A stretch of 64,000 nucleotides of DNA from Bacteroidota bacterium (GCA_016715625.1 JADJZU010000012.1:20287-84286), one strand, 5' to 3'; counted from the first letter of the stretch, positions 17,502 to 27,456 are shown. The notes: generated from the letters alone by a model not told the origin. A program made the numbers and translations.

Positions 17502-19373
17502 TTATTCCACCACTAGTTTTTGTATTGTGCCTCCCGCTTGCACCAGGTAGACATCTGCCGATAGATTCAGGTCTTTCAGTTTTGTTTGCAGAGCAGTAAT
17601 TGGTTTACTAACCAAAACTCTTCCGTTCAAATCTACGATAGAAAGCATTTCGCCTACTTGTGATGGACTGCACTGTAGCCACAAAGTGCCATCTTCCGGC
17701 AAAGGATTGGGATACATCACCAATCCACCCACTGGTGAAATATCTTCTAGTCCAATGATTGTAAAATTCACGGGTTGCGAACTGCCAACGCATCCATTCA
17801 CATCACTCACCACGACCGAATAATTACCAGAGCTCGTAACAACCGGTATAGACTGTGCGGTCTCGTTAGGCAATAAATTTCCGTTGAAATACCACTGATA
17901 GCTAACAGCATTAGTGGTACAGGTTACTCCATTGCCCTGTACCACGGCCACGGGTTGCGGGGTATCTACCACGGCAATGGGCTGCTGGAACTGTGCAGAG
18001 CCACAAGCATTATAAACAGTCAATGAAATATTTCCCGAGGAGTTTACATTAATAATGGGAGTAGAAGTATTTTGATTGGCTCCAACAAAACTCCAATTGC
18101 CGGGCACAGACCATGCAAAACTGTCAACATTCGTGGTGATTGCCGCATAATAAATACCGGCACCACTTCCTTCGCACACATTTTCTGTGCCGTTGATGGC
18201 GCTGATAGTTGGTAATGGAAGTGCAGTGATATTCTGTGCAGCAGGCGAACTATTTCCACAGCCATTCACAGCAACAACACTCAAAGAGCCTCCCGTGGCA
18301 CCCGATGTTATAAGAATGGCCGTAGAGTCAAGCGGAGCACCTGACCAGCCCTGTGGTAGCGACCAATTATAGGTATCGGCACCTGACACAGCCGGTATAG
18401 AATACCAACCAGAAGTGCCCGGGCAAATACTACCAGAGCCTGTAATAGCCGAAGGTGTTCCCAGATTAGAAGGTACTACTACAATCCCTTTTTGTGATGA
18501 TGTAGTTGTGCCGCAATCGTTTTGTGCTGTTACAGACACTTGCCCCCCTGCATTGCCGGAAGTTACGACAATGACATTGGTACCAGTGCCCGAGTTAATG
18601 CTCCAGCCGTTGGGCAGAGTCCAGTTGAAGGTGACACCACTTTGATTCACCACAGATAAGTTAATATTAGAGATGCCGGAGCATACGGTGTCGTTCCCCG
18701 TAATGGACGAAGGGAGAAATGGTGGAAAGTTTTCGGATACGGAAACAGAAACAGAAGGAAGCAGACAAGTGCCATTGCCCACTACCAGCGAGTAGGCTCC
18801 GGCTGTAGAAGCAGATATCGTGGAAGCGGTTGAATTATCGTTCCAGGTGTAATTAAAGCCGGCAGGCGATGCCGAAAGCGTTGTGCTGCTACCGTTGCAG
18901 AAAAAATTATCGCCTGTGATGGCTGCGGATGAAGGGGTAATGTTTGAACAGGATGAAGCTTTCGAGTTTACAACATCTGAGTTATATGTACTTTCAAACT
19001 CAGTCCAAGCCGAACAATCACTCTTTAAATAGTAGCGTAAAAAAGGTAGAAGATACTTAAATACCTGCCGTTGTTGCTGGACAATTGAAAGAGGTGTATT
19101 ACTACAAAAAGATAAGCCTTCACCAGCATAACACAATGTTGCCCCTGGGTCTGAGAATTGACAATGTGTTCCATCTAAAATATTAATGTAGTATTTGCAT
19201 GCTGACGTTGCACTGTCATACATAGGTCGTTGGTTCGTAGCAGGAGCTGCGACACAATCTCTTGAACCTGCAAAGGCAAGATATGGCTTGTTTAGAAATT
19301 TTGCTGCTGCTATCGATGATGGATTTGTATTTGCGGCAGCAAAAGTAAAGTAACAGGTTGCAGGAGTACCATA
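17502..19373 (-). CDS. alpha/beta-hydrolase (cutinase/dienelactone-hydrolase-like) cargo protein, portion downstream of an in-frame TAA; PKD-like repeats plus a T9SS type A CTD
   Basis: The frame is open from 19373, although the track ORF starts at ATG 19223. It holds the putative catalytic Asp (AGSRDCVA) and His (DGTHCQF). Four ~75-aa Cys-containing repeats follow (ITG..VC.G….(Y/F)NW(S/T)LP.GWS). The last ~75 aa (MYPNPLPEDGTLWLQ…VYLVQAGGTIQKLVVE) are a Por-type CTD. Confidence 0.75.
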   Translation of the reverse strand, partial: YGTPATCYFTFAAANTNPSSIAAAKFLNKPYLAFAGSRDCVAAPATNQRPMYDSATSACKYYINILDGTHCQFSDPGATLCYAGEGLSFCSNTPLSIVQQQRQVFKYLLPFLRYYLKSDCSAWTEFESTYNSDVVNSKASSCSNITPSSAAITGDNFFCNGSSTTLSASPAGFNYTWNDNSTASTISASTAGAYSLVVGNGTCLLPSVSVSVSENFPPFLPSSITGNDTVCSGISNINLSVVNQSGVTFNWTLPNGWSINSGTGTNVIVVTSGNAGGQVSVTAQNDCGTTTSSQKGIVVVPSNLGTPSAITGSGSICPGTSGWYSIPAVSGADTYNWSLPQGWSGAPLDSTAILITSGATGGSLSVVAVNGCGNSSPAAQNITALPLPTISAINGTENVCEGSGAGIYYAAITTNVDSFAWSVPGNWSFVGANQNTSTPIINVNSSGNISLTVYNACGSAQFQQPIAVVDTPQPVAVVQGNGVTCTTNAVSYQWYFNGNLLPNETAQSIPVVTSSGNYSVVVSDVNGCVGSSQPVNFTIIGLEDISPVGGLVMYPNPLPEDGTLWLQCSPSQVGEMLSIVDLNGRVLVSKPITALQTKLKDLNLSADVYLVQAGGTIQKLVVE

Positions 19374-19844
19374 TTAAGCTGACAGTACAGTAGCGCCACC
19401 ACCCATGCTATGTCCTCCAATTGCTCCCTTTGATACCACCTTTTGGTAAAACGGAGAAGCTGCATTTGAAGCACTTTCCTGAATTAATTTATCATAAATA
19501 AAAATGAAATCTTGAGCATAATTTGAGTGACTTGGACTTAAACTTCCCTCTGTTGTAGGCAACGCAACTATATAACCAAGTTTTGCTAAAGTGTCACTGT
19601 AGGCAGGGTATGAACTAGCATTTATTTGAAAACCATGACCTAATATCACAAATGGAAAGGTTCCATTTGCTACAGAGGTATTACTACCGGCCGAAACTGC
19701 GGGGTAGTAGAATAAAACACCTACTGAACGGTTGCTTCTAGCGGGATCTGTCCATGTTATAGTTCGAGTTCCCACAGGAAAAACCTGAGCTGAAAGAGCA
19801 ATGCTTAGGCCAGTAACAAATAGGGTTATAACGTATCTTAGCAT
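19374..19844 (-). CDS. the same alpha/beta-hydrolase, portion upstream of the in-frame TAA
   Basis: It has a signal peptide (MLRYVITLFVTGLSIALSAQ), an oxyanion-region segment (FVILGHGF) and the nucleophile elbow GGHSMGGG. TAA at 19374-19376 is in the same frame as the downstream part. Confidence 0.75.
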   Translation of the reverse strand: MLRYVITLFVTGLSIALSAQVFPVGTRTITWTDPARSNRSVGVLFYYPAVSAGSNTSVANGTFPFVILGHGFQINASSYPAYSDTLAKLGYIVALPTTEGSLSPSHSNYAQDFIFIYDKLIQESASNAASPFYQKVVSKGAIGGHSMGGGATVLSA

Positions 19845-19974
19845 AGGTTGAAATTTTTTAATATTCAGTTATCTACAAACAAACCTAACCAATTTCAGTT
19901 TTCGAACAAGCGTTCGAATTTTTTGGCTTTTGTTAAAATTTGTCCATTCTAAATCGGGGCTTATTATTGTATAT

Positions 19975-20484
19975 ATGAACAAAATACTGGTGTCGGTCCT
20001 ATTATCCTTTTTACTTTTTCAGGTAAATGCTCAGGTAGACGCGCGAAAAAACATCGTTGGAAAATGGAAAGTGTCGGCCATGGAAGCCGATGGTGAACGT
20101 TTTGATTTTTCGAATCCCGAAAAATTTGCTGAATCAATGTATGCCAATGACCTAAGAAAAGACTCTACAAAAGTTTTTACGCAGGAAGACAGTTCTGCGG
20201 TGGCCTTTGCAGCCGCCATTCTCTATGTCATTTTCAGAGACATGCAATTTGAATTTAAGTCAAATGGCAAATTCAGCATGATCCTATCAGCAGAACTTGG
20301 AGGAGAAAAAAAGACAGAAAAATCGGAAGGTAAATACGCTATTAAAGGCTCCGCTATTGAAATGACTGAAGCCAAAAAGAAAGAGAAGCAATCTGTAGAT
20401 TTTACCATGCCCGATAAGCGCACCCTTATCCTGTCAAAATTCAGAAAGACAGACAATATGAATCTGGTGCTGGTAAAATACTAA
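19975..20484 (+). CDS. hypothetical secreted protein
   Basis: The start is taken at ATG 19975 (MNKILVSVLLSFLLFQVNAQ, signal peptide). About 170 aa and Lys/Glu-rich. No family recognised. Confidence 0.55.
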   Translation: MNKILVSVLLSFLLFQVNAQVDARKNIVGKWKVSAMEADGERFDFSNPEKFAESMYANDLRKDSTKVFTQEDSSAVAFAAAILYVIFRDMQFEFKSNGKFSMILSAELGGEKKTEKSEGKYAIKGSAIEMTEAKKKEKQSVDFTMPDKRTLILSKFRKTDNMNLVLVKY

Positions 20485-20485
20485 G

Positions 20486-21145
20486 CTAGGCAGCAAAGAA
20501 AAATTCCCGATTCAAAAACGGATTCGATTTTCGCTCATGAGCTACGGTAGTTTCGGGACCATGTCCGCTGTAAATTTTTACATCATCGGGTAAGGTCATC
20601 AGTTTCTGTGTGATGGTTTCAAAAAGGGTTTTGCCATCGGCACCCGGCAAATCATAACGCCCCACACTGCCTCTGAAAATCACATCTCCGGCTATTAAAA
20701 TTTTATCGGCTTCGCTGTAAAATGAAATGCTTCCGGGCGAATGGCCGGGCGTAAAAAATACTTTCAGTGTGGTATTGCCAAACTTTACTTCATCAGCTTC
20801 CTCCAGATAGTTCGCAGGCTCGGGCGAAGCCTCCAAAGTAAACCCGAACAGCCCTTGATAATCAAGCGCGCGATACATTACTTCCAACTCCAACCGGTGA
20901 AACTGTGGCAACAAGCCATAGGTGTCACAGATAAATTTATTGCCCGGAAAATGGTCTATATGACAATGTGTGTTGAGCAAAAGCACAGGGCTTAATCCAT
21001 GTGCGGTAATGGTTTGCACCAATTCATGTCGCTCTACCTCGTTATTGCACCCGGGATCAATGATGGCGCACTGACGGGTTTCATCGGCTAATACATAAGT
21101 ATTTTCGGAAAATGGATTGAATGTATGTTTGTAAATCTTGAGCAT
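20486..21145 (-). CDS. MBL-fold metallo-hydrolase (glyoxalase II-like)
   Basis: The HCHIDH metal motif and …FTPGHSPGS… are present. The start is taken at the internal Met (MLKIYKH) rather than 21187. Confidence 0.8.
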   Translation of the reverse strand: MLKIYKHTFNPFSENTYVLADETRQCAIIDPGCNNEVERHELVQTITAHGLSPVLLLNTHCHIDHFPGNKFICDTYGLLPQFHRLELEVMYRALDYQGLFGFTLEASPEPANYLEEADEVKFGNTTLKVFFTPGHSPGSISFYSEADKILIAGDVIFRGSVGRYDLPGADGKTLFETITQKLMTLPDDVKIYSGHGPETTVAHERKSNPFLNREFFFAA

Positions 21146-21270
21146 GAATGCAATTTGTTTATGTTTAGACCTAAGTAACAAGAACACGTCAAGCGCTCAG
21201 AAGTTCGCCTTGGCAATGGTAGCTTGTTGCCACAAAACAAATATTCTTTCGATACGTTTTCAGATAGTTC

Positions 21271-21459
21271 ATGAACCGGGTGAAAATTGCATTTAGAGGC
21301 TGTTTGCTTTTGCTGGTTTTGCTTTTGCAAATCGCAGCACAAGCACAAACAAACACCGTTACCTTTGGGCAAAACCGGTACAATACAAGGATTTCACCTT
21401 TCAATATTACGAGAGCGATAATTTTATTACCCATTTTTATCAGGGAGGACAGGACGTAG
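21271..21459 (+). CDS. N-terminal fragment (signal peptide) of the large outer-membrane protein below
   Basis: MNRVKIAFRGCLLLLVLLLQIAAQAQTNTVTFGQNR is followed by out-of-frame residues. The frame changes at about 21377. Confidence 0.6.
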   Translation: MNRVKIAFRGCLLLLVLLLQIAAQAQTNTVTFGQNRYNTRISPFNITRAIILLPIFIREDRT

Positions 21460-24400
21460 CCAAATACACGATTAAAACGGCCGAAGATGTAAGTGATGAA
21501 ATTGCAACGCTGCTCGATTTTAAATACCGCAGAAAGATTGACATCATCGTTTACAATACCATCAACGAACTGAACCAAACTAATATTGGTATCTACGAAC
21601 AGGGGCAGGTACCGGGTGGCACCACCAAACTGCCCGAAAACAAAATGTTTGTGTATTTCAATGGCGACCATCGCCATCTCGACAAGCAAATACGCGAAGG
21701 CATTGCCAAAATTTATCTGGAGAAAATGGTATTGGGGAGCAACTTTGCCGAGGTTGTACAGAACGCAGTCCTGCTTAATTTGCCCGACTGGTATAAGCAG
21801 GGGCTCATTAAATATATTGGCGAAGGGTGGAACAGCGATACCGAAGACCGCCTGCGCGATGGCATATTGAGCGGCCGGTTTAAAAGGTTGCAAAAGCTAC
21901 AACCCGAAGAGGCTCTGTTTGTAGGCCATAGTATTTGGCATTACGTAGAAGAAGTGCATGGCAAGAGTGCCGTGAGCAACATCATTTATCTAACCAGAAT
22001 AAACCGCAGTGTAGACAACGGTTTTTTGTTTGTGTTAGGCACCAATCTGGAAGAAACACTGCGCAACTGGTATGTGTATTATTACAACCGCTTTAATGCT
22101 GAAAAGAAAATCACTCAACTGCCCTTCGACAATTCGTTGGTGAAAGCGCGAATAAGAAATAATATAGACTATTATCAGCCGCGCATGAGTGCCGATGGTA
22201 AGCAAGTAGCATATGTTTCCAACGAAATGGGGCGTTGCAAAATTCATTTGCTGAATACAGAAACGGGTAAGAAAAAAATCATTCATCGCGTAGGATTCAG
22301 AACCAATACAATATTTACTGACCAATCGGTTCCGCTGTTGGCTTGGGAGCCATCGGGCAAAAAGCTGGCATTCATTTCAGAAAAGCGCGCTCAAATTTTT
22401 CTTCGCTTGTATAACCTGGAAACCGGCAAAACAGAAAAGTTTCCGGTAAGAAAGTTTCAGAAAGTAGTCAGCTTTAACTTTGTGGATGCTAAGCAGTTGG
22501 TGATGAGCGCTGTCAACAACGGTCAGTCAGATATTTACCTCTACAATATTGCCAGCACCACCACCCGAAAATTAACGGATGATTATTTTGATGATTTATA
22601 TCCGGCCTATATTCAGGCGGATAGTGCTGAAGGAATCTTATTCAGCAGTAACCGACCGGACGATACGCTGCGCAACGGGCGCTACGAAAGCCAAAACATG
22701 CTGAAAACACATGATTTGTTTTTCTATGACTTAAGCCAAAGCGCACTCTACCGAATCACCAATACACCACTCGCAAACGAAACCTATCCGCAACCTTTCT
22801 CAGAGCAGGATTTTTGCTTTTTAAGCGAGCAGAACGGTACCCGAAACCGTTTTATCGGGCATTTTGAAAAAGTGTTTTCGCACAACGAAACAACCTATCA
22901 ATATACCTATCGCGAAAGTGGCGAAATTGATTCGGTAAAAGTTCGCGAAGGCATACCCTTTGAGTCGGTGAGTGATAAAAATGCCGTAAGCCTGAAGAAA
23001 ACCACCAGCGAAAAAATTTATAGCACCGGGGGTGTTACTGCTCCTTACACCAATTTCACCTATAACATCCGCGAGCAATGTGTGGTGCCACAAAAAAATC
23101 TGACCTTGGATTTAATGAAGAAAAACGGCAAGCCCGTTTTTTATAAATATGACTACCCAACGGCAGCCAGTGGTGCTACCGTTTCGGAATACATGCAAAA
23201 ACTTCTGGCCAAAAACCTGGAAGAAAAAAAACCGAAAGAAACAGCGAAGGAAGTAGATAAACAGGTAACTGTTTTTGAACAAAAATATGATTCGAGTGGA
23301 GCGGTTATTGGAAGCCGACCCTACGATTTTCAAAGCGAGTTTGACTATGGCATCAAGCTCTTTGACTGGGATTCTGCCTCTTCTTCAAGAATTGAAAATG
23401 CACAGGAAGGTTATGTGTTTCGATTCTCGCGAGTGCGACCCTATTTTGTTCGCTTTGCCATAGACAAAGTCATTACGCAGGTAGACAACAATATTTTGAT
23501 GACGCGCTACCAGCCGTTTAATCCGTCCAATCCACAGTTTGATTTGAATCCTGTGAGTTTCATGTTCAAGTTTGGCATTACCGATTTGTTGGAAAACCAC
23601 AAAGTGTATGGTGGCATCCGCTTGCCTTTCGTAGGACTGAACAGCACCAGCGAATATTTTATCACCTACGAAAACCTGACCAAACGGCTGGACGTGCGCT
23701 ACACTTTTTACAGGCGCAGCCAGGGCGACAAAGCTTTTGACCGACTGCCTTTCAGCGATGTAACACTCCCTCCGGGTTACTCAGTAGACTACAGCATAAA
23801 AACCAACTATGCCGAAATAGAAATGCGCTACCCGATAGATGTGCTCAACCGCGTTTCGCTGGGTATTGCATTTCGCAACGACAAAGTGGTATACAAAGCA
23901 GCAGATACCCTCAGCCTGAATTTGCCCAGCAATTCCGACAACTGGCTATTTGCCAGAGGAGAATATGTGTTTGACAACTGTTTGGAAGTAATGACCAACA
24001 TTCGCTACGGAACACGCTTCAAAGTATTTGGAGAAATTCACAAGCAGTTTCCTACACAGAATAAAGTATTGTTCGACCGCGTTGACTTTCCGGTAGTTCA
24101 ATTCAATAATAAATATCTGGGGGTCGTTGGGTTTGATTTGCGGCACTACCAGAAAATCTATAAACAGATTATCTGGGCCAACCGGTTAGCATTTGGCGCA
24201 TCGCTGGGTACCTCGCGGTTGATTTACTATTTGGGCGGATTGGACAACTGGATTGGTGCTCCGCGCTTACCAAAATTTGACCCTACCACCCCCGTTAACC
24301 GAAACAACAATTACGCTTTTCAGACATTAGCGACACCCCTGCGGGGTTATGCGCAAAATGCACGCAATGGCGATAAATATATTGTGCTCAACTCTGAACT

Positions 24401-24746
24401 TCGAGTTCCGCTTTTTGCTGCACTCATGAAATCGCCTATCCGTTCCGAATTGATAAAGAACTTTCAGGTAGTTGGATTTTTGGATGTGGGCACGGCTTGG
24501 GAAGGGGCTTCCCCTTTTGCCGACAGCAATCCGCTGTTTACCGAAGAAATACCAAATGCAGAGCAAAACCCATCCGTAATTGTAAAAGTAAAACGTTACA
24601 AAACGCCCATTGTCATGGGCTTTGGTCCCGGATTGCGCACCAGTTTTCTGGGCTTCTTCCTGCGATTTGATGCCGCCTGGAGCTACGATACGGGTGAGGT
24701 GAGCAAAAAGCCTTTGTATTATTTCTCTTTTGGCCTTGATTTCTAA
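21378..24746 (+). CDS. large outer-membrane protein with TolB-like beta-propeller repeats and a C-terminal beta-barrel
   Basis: The frame is open from 21297 and reads VQYKDFTFQYYESDNFITHFYQGG… from 21378; the track ORF starts at ATG 21645. WD40/TolB-like segments are present (PRMSADGKQVAYVSNEMGRCKIHLLN, WEPSGKKLAFISEKR). The C-terminal third has alternating beta-strand character and ends …YYFSFGLDF, a terminal aromatic typical of outer-membrane barrels. Confidence 0.6.
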   Translation, partial: VQYKDFTFQYYESDNFITHFYQGGQDVAKYTIKTAEDVSDEIATLLDFKYRRKIDIIVYNTINELNQTNIGIYEQGQVPGGTTKLPENKMFVYFNGDHRHLDKQIREGIAKIYLEKMVLGSNFAEVVQNAVLLNLPDWYKQGLIKYIGEGWNSDTEDRLRDGILSGRFKRLQKLQPEEALFVGHSIWHYVEEVHGKSAVSNIIYLTRINRSVDNGFLFVLGTNLEETLRNWYVYYYNRFNAEKKITQLPFDNSLVKARIRNNIDYYQPRMSADGKQVAYVSNEMGRCKIHLLNTETGKKKIIHRVGFRTNTIFTDQSVPLLAWEPSGKKLAFISEKRAQIFLRLYNLETGKTEKFPVRKFQKVVSFNFVDAKQLVMSAVNNGQSDIYLYNIASTTTRKLTDDYFDDLYPAYIQADSAEGILFSSNRPDDTLRNGRYESQNMLKTHDLFFYDLSQSALYRITNTPLANETYPQPFSEQDFCFLSEQNGTRNRFIGHFEKVFSHNETTYQYTYRESGEIDSVKVREGIPFESVSDKNAVSLKKTTSEKIYSTGGVTAPYTNFTYNIREQCVVPQKNLTLDLMKKNGKPVFYKYDYPTAASGATVSEYMQKLLAKNLEEKKPKETAKEVDKQVTVFEQKYDSSGAVIGSRPYDFQSEFDYGIKLFDWDSASSSRIENAQEGYVFRFSRVRPYFVRFAIDKVITQVDNNILMTRYQPFNPSNPQFDLNPVSFMFKFGITDLLENHKVYGGIRLPFVGLNSTSEYFITYENLTKRLDVRYTFYRRSQGDKAFDRLPFSDVTLPPGYSVDYSIKTNYAEIEMRYPIDVLNRVSLGIAFRNDKVVYKAADTLSLNLPSNSDNWLFARGEYVFDNCLEVMTNIRYGTRFKVFGEIHKQFPTQNKVLFDRVDFPVVQFNNKYLGVVGFDLRHYQKIYKQIIWANRLAFGASLGTSRLIYYLGGLDNWIGAPRLPKFDPTTPVNRNNNYAFQTLATPLRGYAQNARNGDKYIVLNSELRVPLFAALMKSPIRSELIKNFQVVGFLDVGTAWEGASPFADSNPLFTEEIPNAEQNPSVIVKVKRYKTPIVMGFGPGLRTSFLGFFLRFDAAWSYDTGEVSKKPLYYFSFGLDF

Positions 24747-24773
24747 ACTCCGAAGTACAAAACAAACGAAGCT

Positions 24774-25919
24774 ATGTTGCAATTGCGTTCCGAACACCTG
24801 GTAAAAGTATACCGCAACCGTGCCGTGGTGAATGATGTATCGGTGGAGGTAAATCAAGGTGAAATTGTTGGCCTGCTGGGCCCGAACGGTGCCGGAAAAA
24901 CAACTTCGTTTTATCAAATTGTAGGGTTGATCCCGCCTGACAGCGGTAAAATATTTTTGGGCAATAAAGAAATTACCGACCTGCCTATGTATCAGCGCTC
25001 GCAGTTGGGTGTTGGGTATTTGCCGCAGGAAGCATCCGTTTTCAGGCACCTGTCGGTAGAAGACAACATTGCAGCCGTGCTCGAAATGACCTCGCTGAGC
25101 AAGTCTGCGCAAAAAGAGCGATTAGAGCTTTTGCTCTCCGAGTTTGGATTGAACCGAGTGCGGAAAAGTATGGGAAATGTATTGAGCGGTGGCGAACGCA
25201 GAAGAACTGAAATTGCCAGAGCATTAGCGACCGATCCTAAATTTATTTTGCTCGATGAGCCATTTGCCGGCATCGACCCCATAGCCGTGGAGGATATTCA
25301 GCGCATCGTGATGAAGCTGAAAGAAAAAAATATTGGGGTGCTTATTACCGACCACAACGTGCAGGAAACGCTCTCCATTACCGACCGGGCCTATCTGCTG
25401 TTTGAAGGAAAGATACTGAAAGCGGGCACTGCGGAAGAGCTGGCCAGCGATGAGCAGGTGCGTAAAGTATACCTGGGGCAAAATTTTGTATTACACCGTA
25501 AGGCCATTACACTGCAAAATCAAAGCAGAGAAAAACCAGTGCTAAACGCAGCTTCATTAGCCCGCTATACCAAAGATATGCTGCGCGAAACTGACCGGTT
25601 TAATGAAATACTGAACAGTGGCGATTTGCGAATGCCCTATACGGCCCTGCAAACAGCAGGCTTTGCAGATTTTTTATCCTCTCTGCGTGAGTATAAAGGC
25701 ATGCTGCAAGACTTTGCAAAAAATCAAAATCTGAACGAACTCGGAGGTGCTGTAGAAGCCTTGACCGTAATGGAAGACAGCACCACCACCGGCAATTATC
25801 TCCGCTTTATTACCGATAATTTTTTCAAGCGCGGTAAATACTCCGACTATCTGCTCAACACAAAAAGTGTCTTGAATCAGATTTCAGCGCAGCTGCTGCT
25901 GATTGGTGCCGAAGTATAA
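24774..25919 (+). CDS. lptB: LPS export ABC transporter ATP-binding protein LptB with a ~141-aa C-terminal extension
   Basis: It carries Walker A (GPNGAGKTT), the signature LSGGERRR and Walker B ([11 protein letters not shown]). The canonical LptB end …[12 protein letters not shown] falls at aa 240, but the ORF continues to aa 381. Confidence 0.85.
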   Translation: MLQLRSEHLVKVYRNRAVVNDVSVEVNQGEIVGLLGPNGAGKTTSFYQIVGLIPPDSGKIFLGNKEITDLPMYQRSQLGVGYLPQEASVFRHLSVEDNIAAVLEMTSLSKSAQKERLELLLSEFGLNRVRKSMGNVLSGGERRRTEIARALATDPKFILLDEPFAGIDPIAVEDIQRIVMKLKEKNIGVLITDHNVQETLSITDRAYLLFEGKILKAGTAEELASDEQVRKVYLGQNFVLHRKAITLQNQSREKPVLNAASLARYTKDMLRETDRFNEILNSGDLRMPYTALQTAGFADFLSSLREYKGMLQDFAKNQNLNELGGAVEALTVMEDSTTTGNYLRFITDNFFKRGKYSDYLLNTKSVLNQISAQLLLIGAEV

Positions 25920-25944
25920 CAGCTACTTACCCATTGTTCGCTTT

Positions 25945-27450
25945 ATGAATCTTCTGAACCCTTTGATGCGCCAATACCTGCGGGCACGAATGCCGCGTAT
26001 TCGGCATATGATAGAGCATCCGCAGGAAGGTCAGCAGCAGGAATTTAAACAGTTGATACAAGCTGCAGCCCATACCCAATGGGGCCGGCAACATCGCTAT
26101 TCATCCCTTCGCAGTATTCAGGAGTTTCAAAACAACCTTCCCGTTCAGGACTACAACACACTGCAACCCTATTTTCAACGAATGCTGCTTGGCGAACAGA
26201 ATGTTTTGTGGCCTTCGCCTGTTCGATGGTTTTCTAAAAGCAGCGGCACAACACACCACAGCAGTAAACTGATTCCGGTGAGCCGGGAAGCTATTTACGA
26301 CAACCATGTAAAAACGGGTAAGGATTTAATGGCTATACATTATCACCGCTTTCCCCAATCAAAAGTCTTTGACGGGAAAAGCATGCTGATAGGCGGTAGC
26401 CTGCAAGCGCATGTAGACAATACCCAAATGCAAGTGGGGGATGTGTCGGCAGTGCTTATTCACCAGCTACCCGAATGGCTACAGTTTTATCGCGAACCGG
26501 CCAGGAATATTGTTTTGATGCAGGATTGGGAAAAGAAGGTAGAAGCAATTGTAAAAACAGTAGCACGAGCAAACATCACAACGCTATCCGGAGTGCCCAC
26601 CTGGATGCTGATGATACTGCAGCGCCTGTTGGAATATACGGGAGCCACTTCGGTAGCCGAGGTGTGGCCACAAATAGAATTGTTTGTGCATGGGGGTATC
26701 AGTTTTGTTCCTTACCGACAACAGTATGAAAGAATTATGGGACGGTCCATTTGTTACACAGACGCCTATAACGCCAGCGAAGGTTTTTTTGCCTTTCAGA
26801 TGGATGAACAGGAAGACATGTTGTTACACACCGGCAATGGTATTTTTTATGAGTTTATTCCGCAGGAAGAATGGGATAAAGAGTATCCTAAAACGGTTTG
26901 GCTGCAGGATGTGGAGCTACATAAAAACTATGCCTTGGTTATTTCTACCAATGCCGGCTTGTGGCGCTACCGCATAGGCGATGTGGTTCGCTTTACCTCG
27001 CTGCAGCCACACAAAATCATGATAGCCGGAAGAACAGCACAATACATCAATGTGTTTGGAGAAGAGGTAATGGCTCACAATACAGATAAAGCGCTACAGC
27101 TTACCTGCCATTCATTGGATTGTTCAGTGAAAGAATATACCGTGGCTCCGGTTTGGAGTGCAAGTGGTGCAGGTGGCTCTCACGAGTGGTTAATTGAATT
27201 TGACACTGCACCGGCAAGCATGAAATCATTCTGTGCGTTACTCGATAAAAATCTGCAGCTATTAAACTCCGACTATGCGGCTAAGCGAGCGGGTGATTTA
27301 TTAATGCAGGCTCCGATAATTAAAACCTTACCGAACGGCACTTTTTATAAATGGATGGAAACAAGGAAAAAACTGGGCGGACAAAACAAAGTGCCCCGGC
27401 TTGCTAATGACAGAAAATACGTGGAAGAACTTTTAAACCGGGTGGAATGA
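25945..27450 (+). CDS. GH3-family (acyl-acid amido synthetase-like) protein
   Basis: The start is taken at ATG 25945 (MNLLNPLMRQY). FSKSSGTTHHSSKLIPVS is the adenylation P-loop-like motif typical of GH3-domain proteins. About 500 aa. Confidence 0.75.
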   Translation: MNLLNPLMRQYLRARMPRIRHMIEHPQEGQQQEFKQLIQAAAHTQWGRQHRYSSLRSIQEFQNNLPVQDYNTLQPYFQRMLLGEQNVLWPSPVRWFSKSSGTTHHSSKLIPVSREAIYDNHVKTGKDLMAIHYHRFPQSKVFDGKSMLIGGSLQAHVDNTQMQVGDVSAVLIHQLPEWLQFYREPARNIVLMQDWEKKVEAIVKTVARANITTLSGVPTWMLMILQRLLEYTGATSVAEVWPQIELFVHGGISFVPYRQQYERIMGRSICYTDAYNASEGFFAFQMDEQEDMLLHTGNGIFYEFIPQEEWDKEYPKTVWLQDVELHKNYALVISTNAGLWRYRIGDVVRFTSLQPHKIMIAGRTAQYINVFGEEVMAHNTDKALQLTCHSLDCSVKEYTVAPVWSASGAGGSHEWLIEFDTAPASMKSFCALLDKNLQLLNSDYAAKRAGDLLMQAPIIKTLPNGTFYKWMETRKKLGGQNKVPRLANDRKYVEELLNRVE

Positions 27451-27456
27451 AGATGA

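Noticed and set aside
17499-17504. Convergent gene pairs with almost no spacing (17501/17502, 20484/20486, 27450/27457, and a 9-nt overlap at 63168-63176)
   Set aside because: The observation is real, but it is a general feature of compact genomes and does not in itself indicate a special mechanism.
19374-19376. Stop-codon recoding (selenocysteine, pyrrolysine or an alternative genetic code)
   Set aside because: The codon is TAA, not TGA or TAG. TAA is used as a normal terminator by many genes in this window.
21189-21893. 234-aa minus-strand ORF
   Set aside because: It lies antisense to the well-supported outer-membrane protein gene and its signal-peptide fragment. Its composition is odd and no motifs are present. 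It is a shadow ORF.
24327-25112. 261-aa minus-strand ORF spanning the end of the OMP gene and the start of lptB
   Set aside because: It is antisense to two confidently identified genes and crosses their intergenic gap. No recognisable domain.
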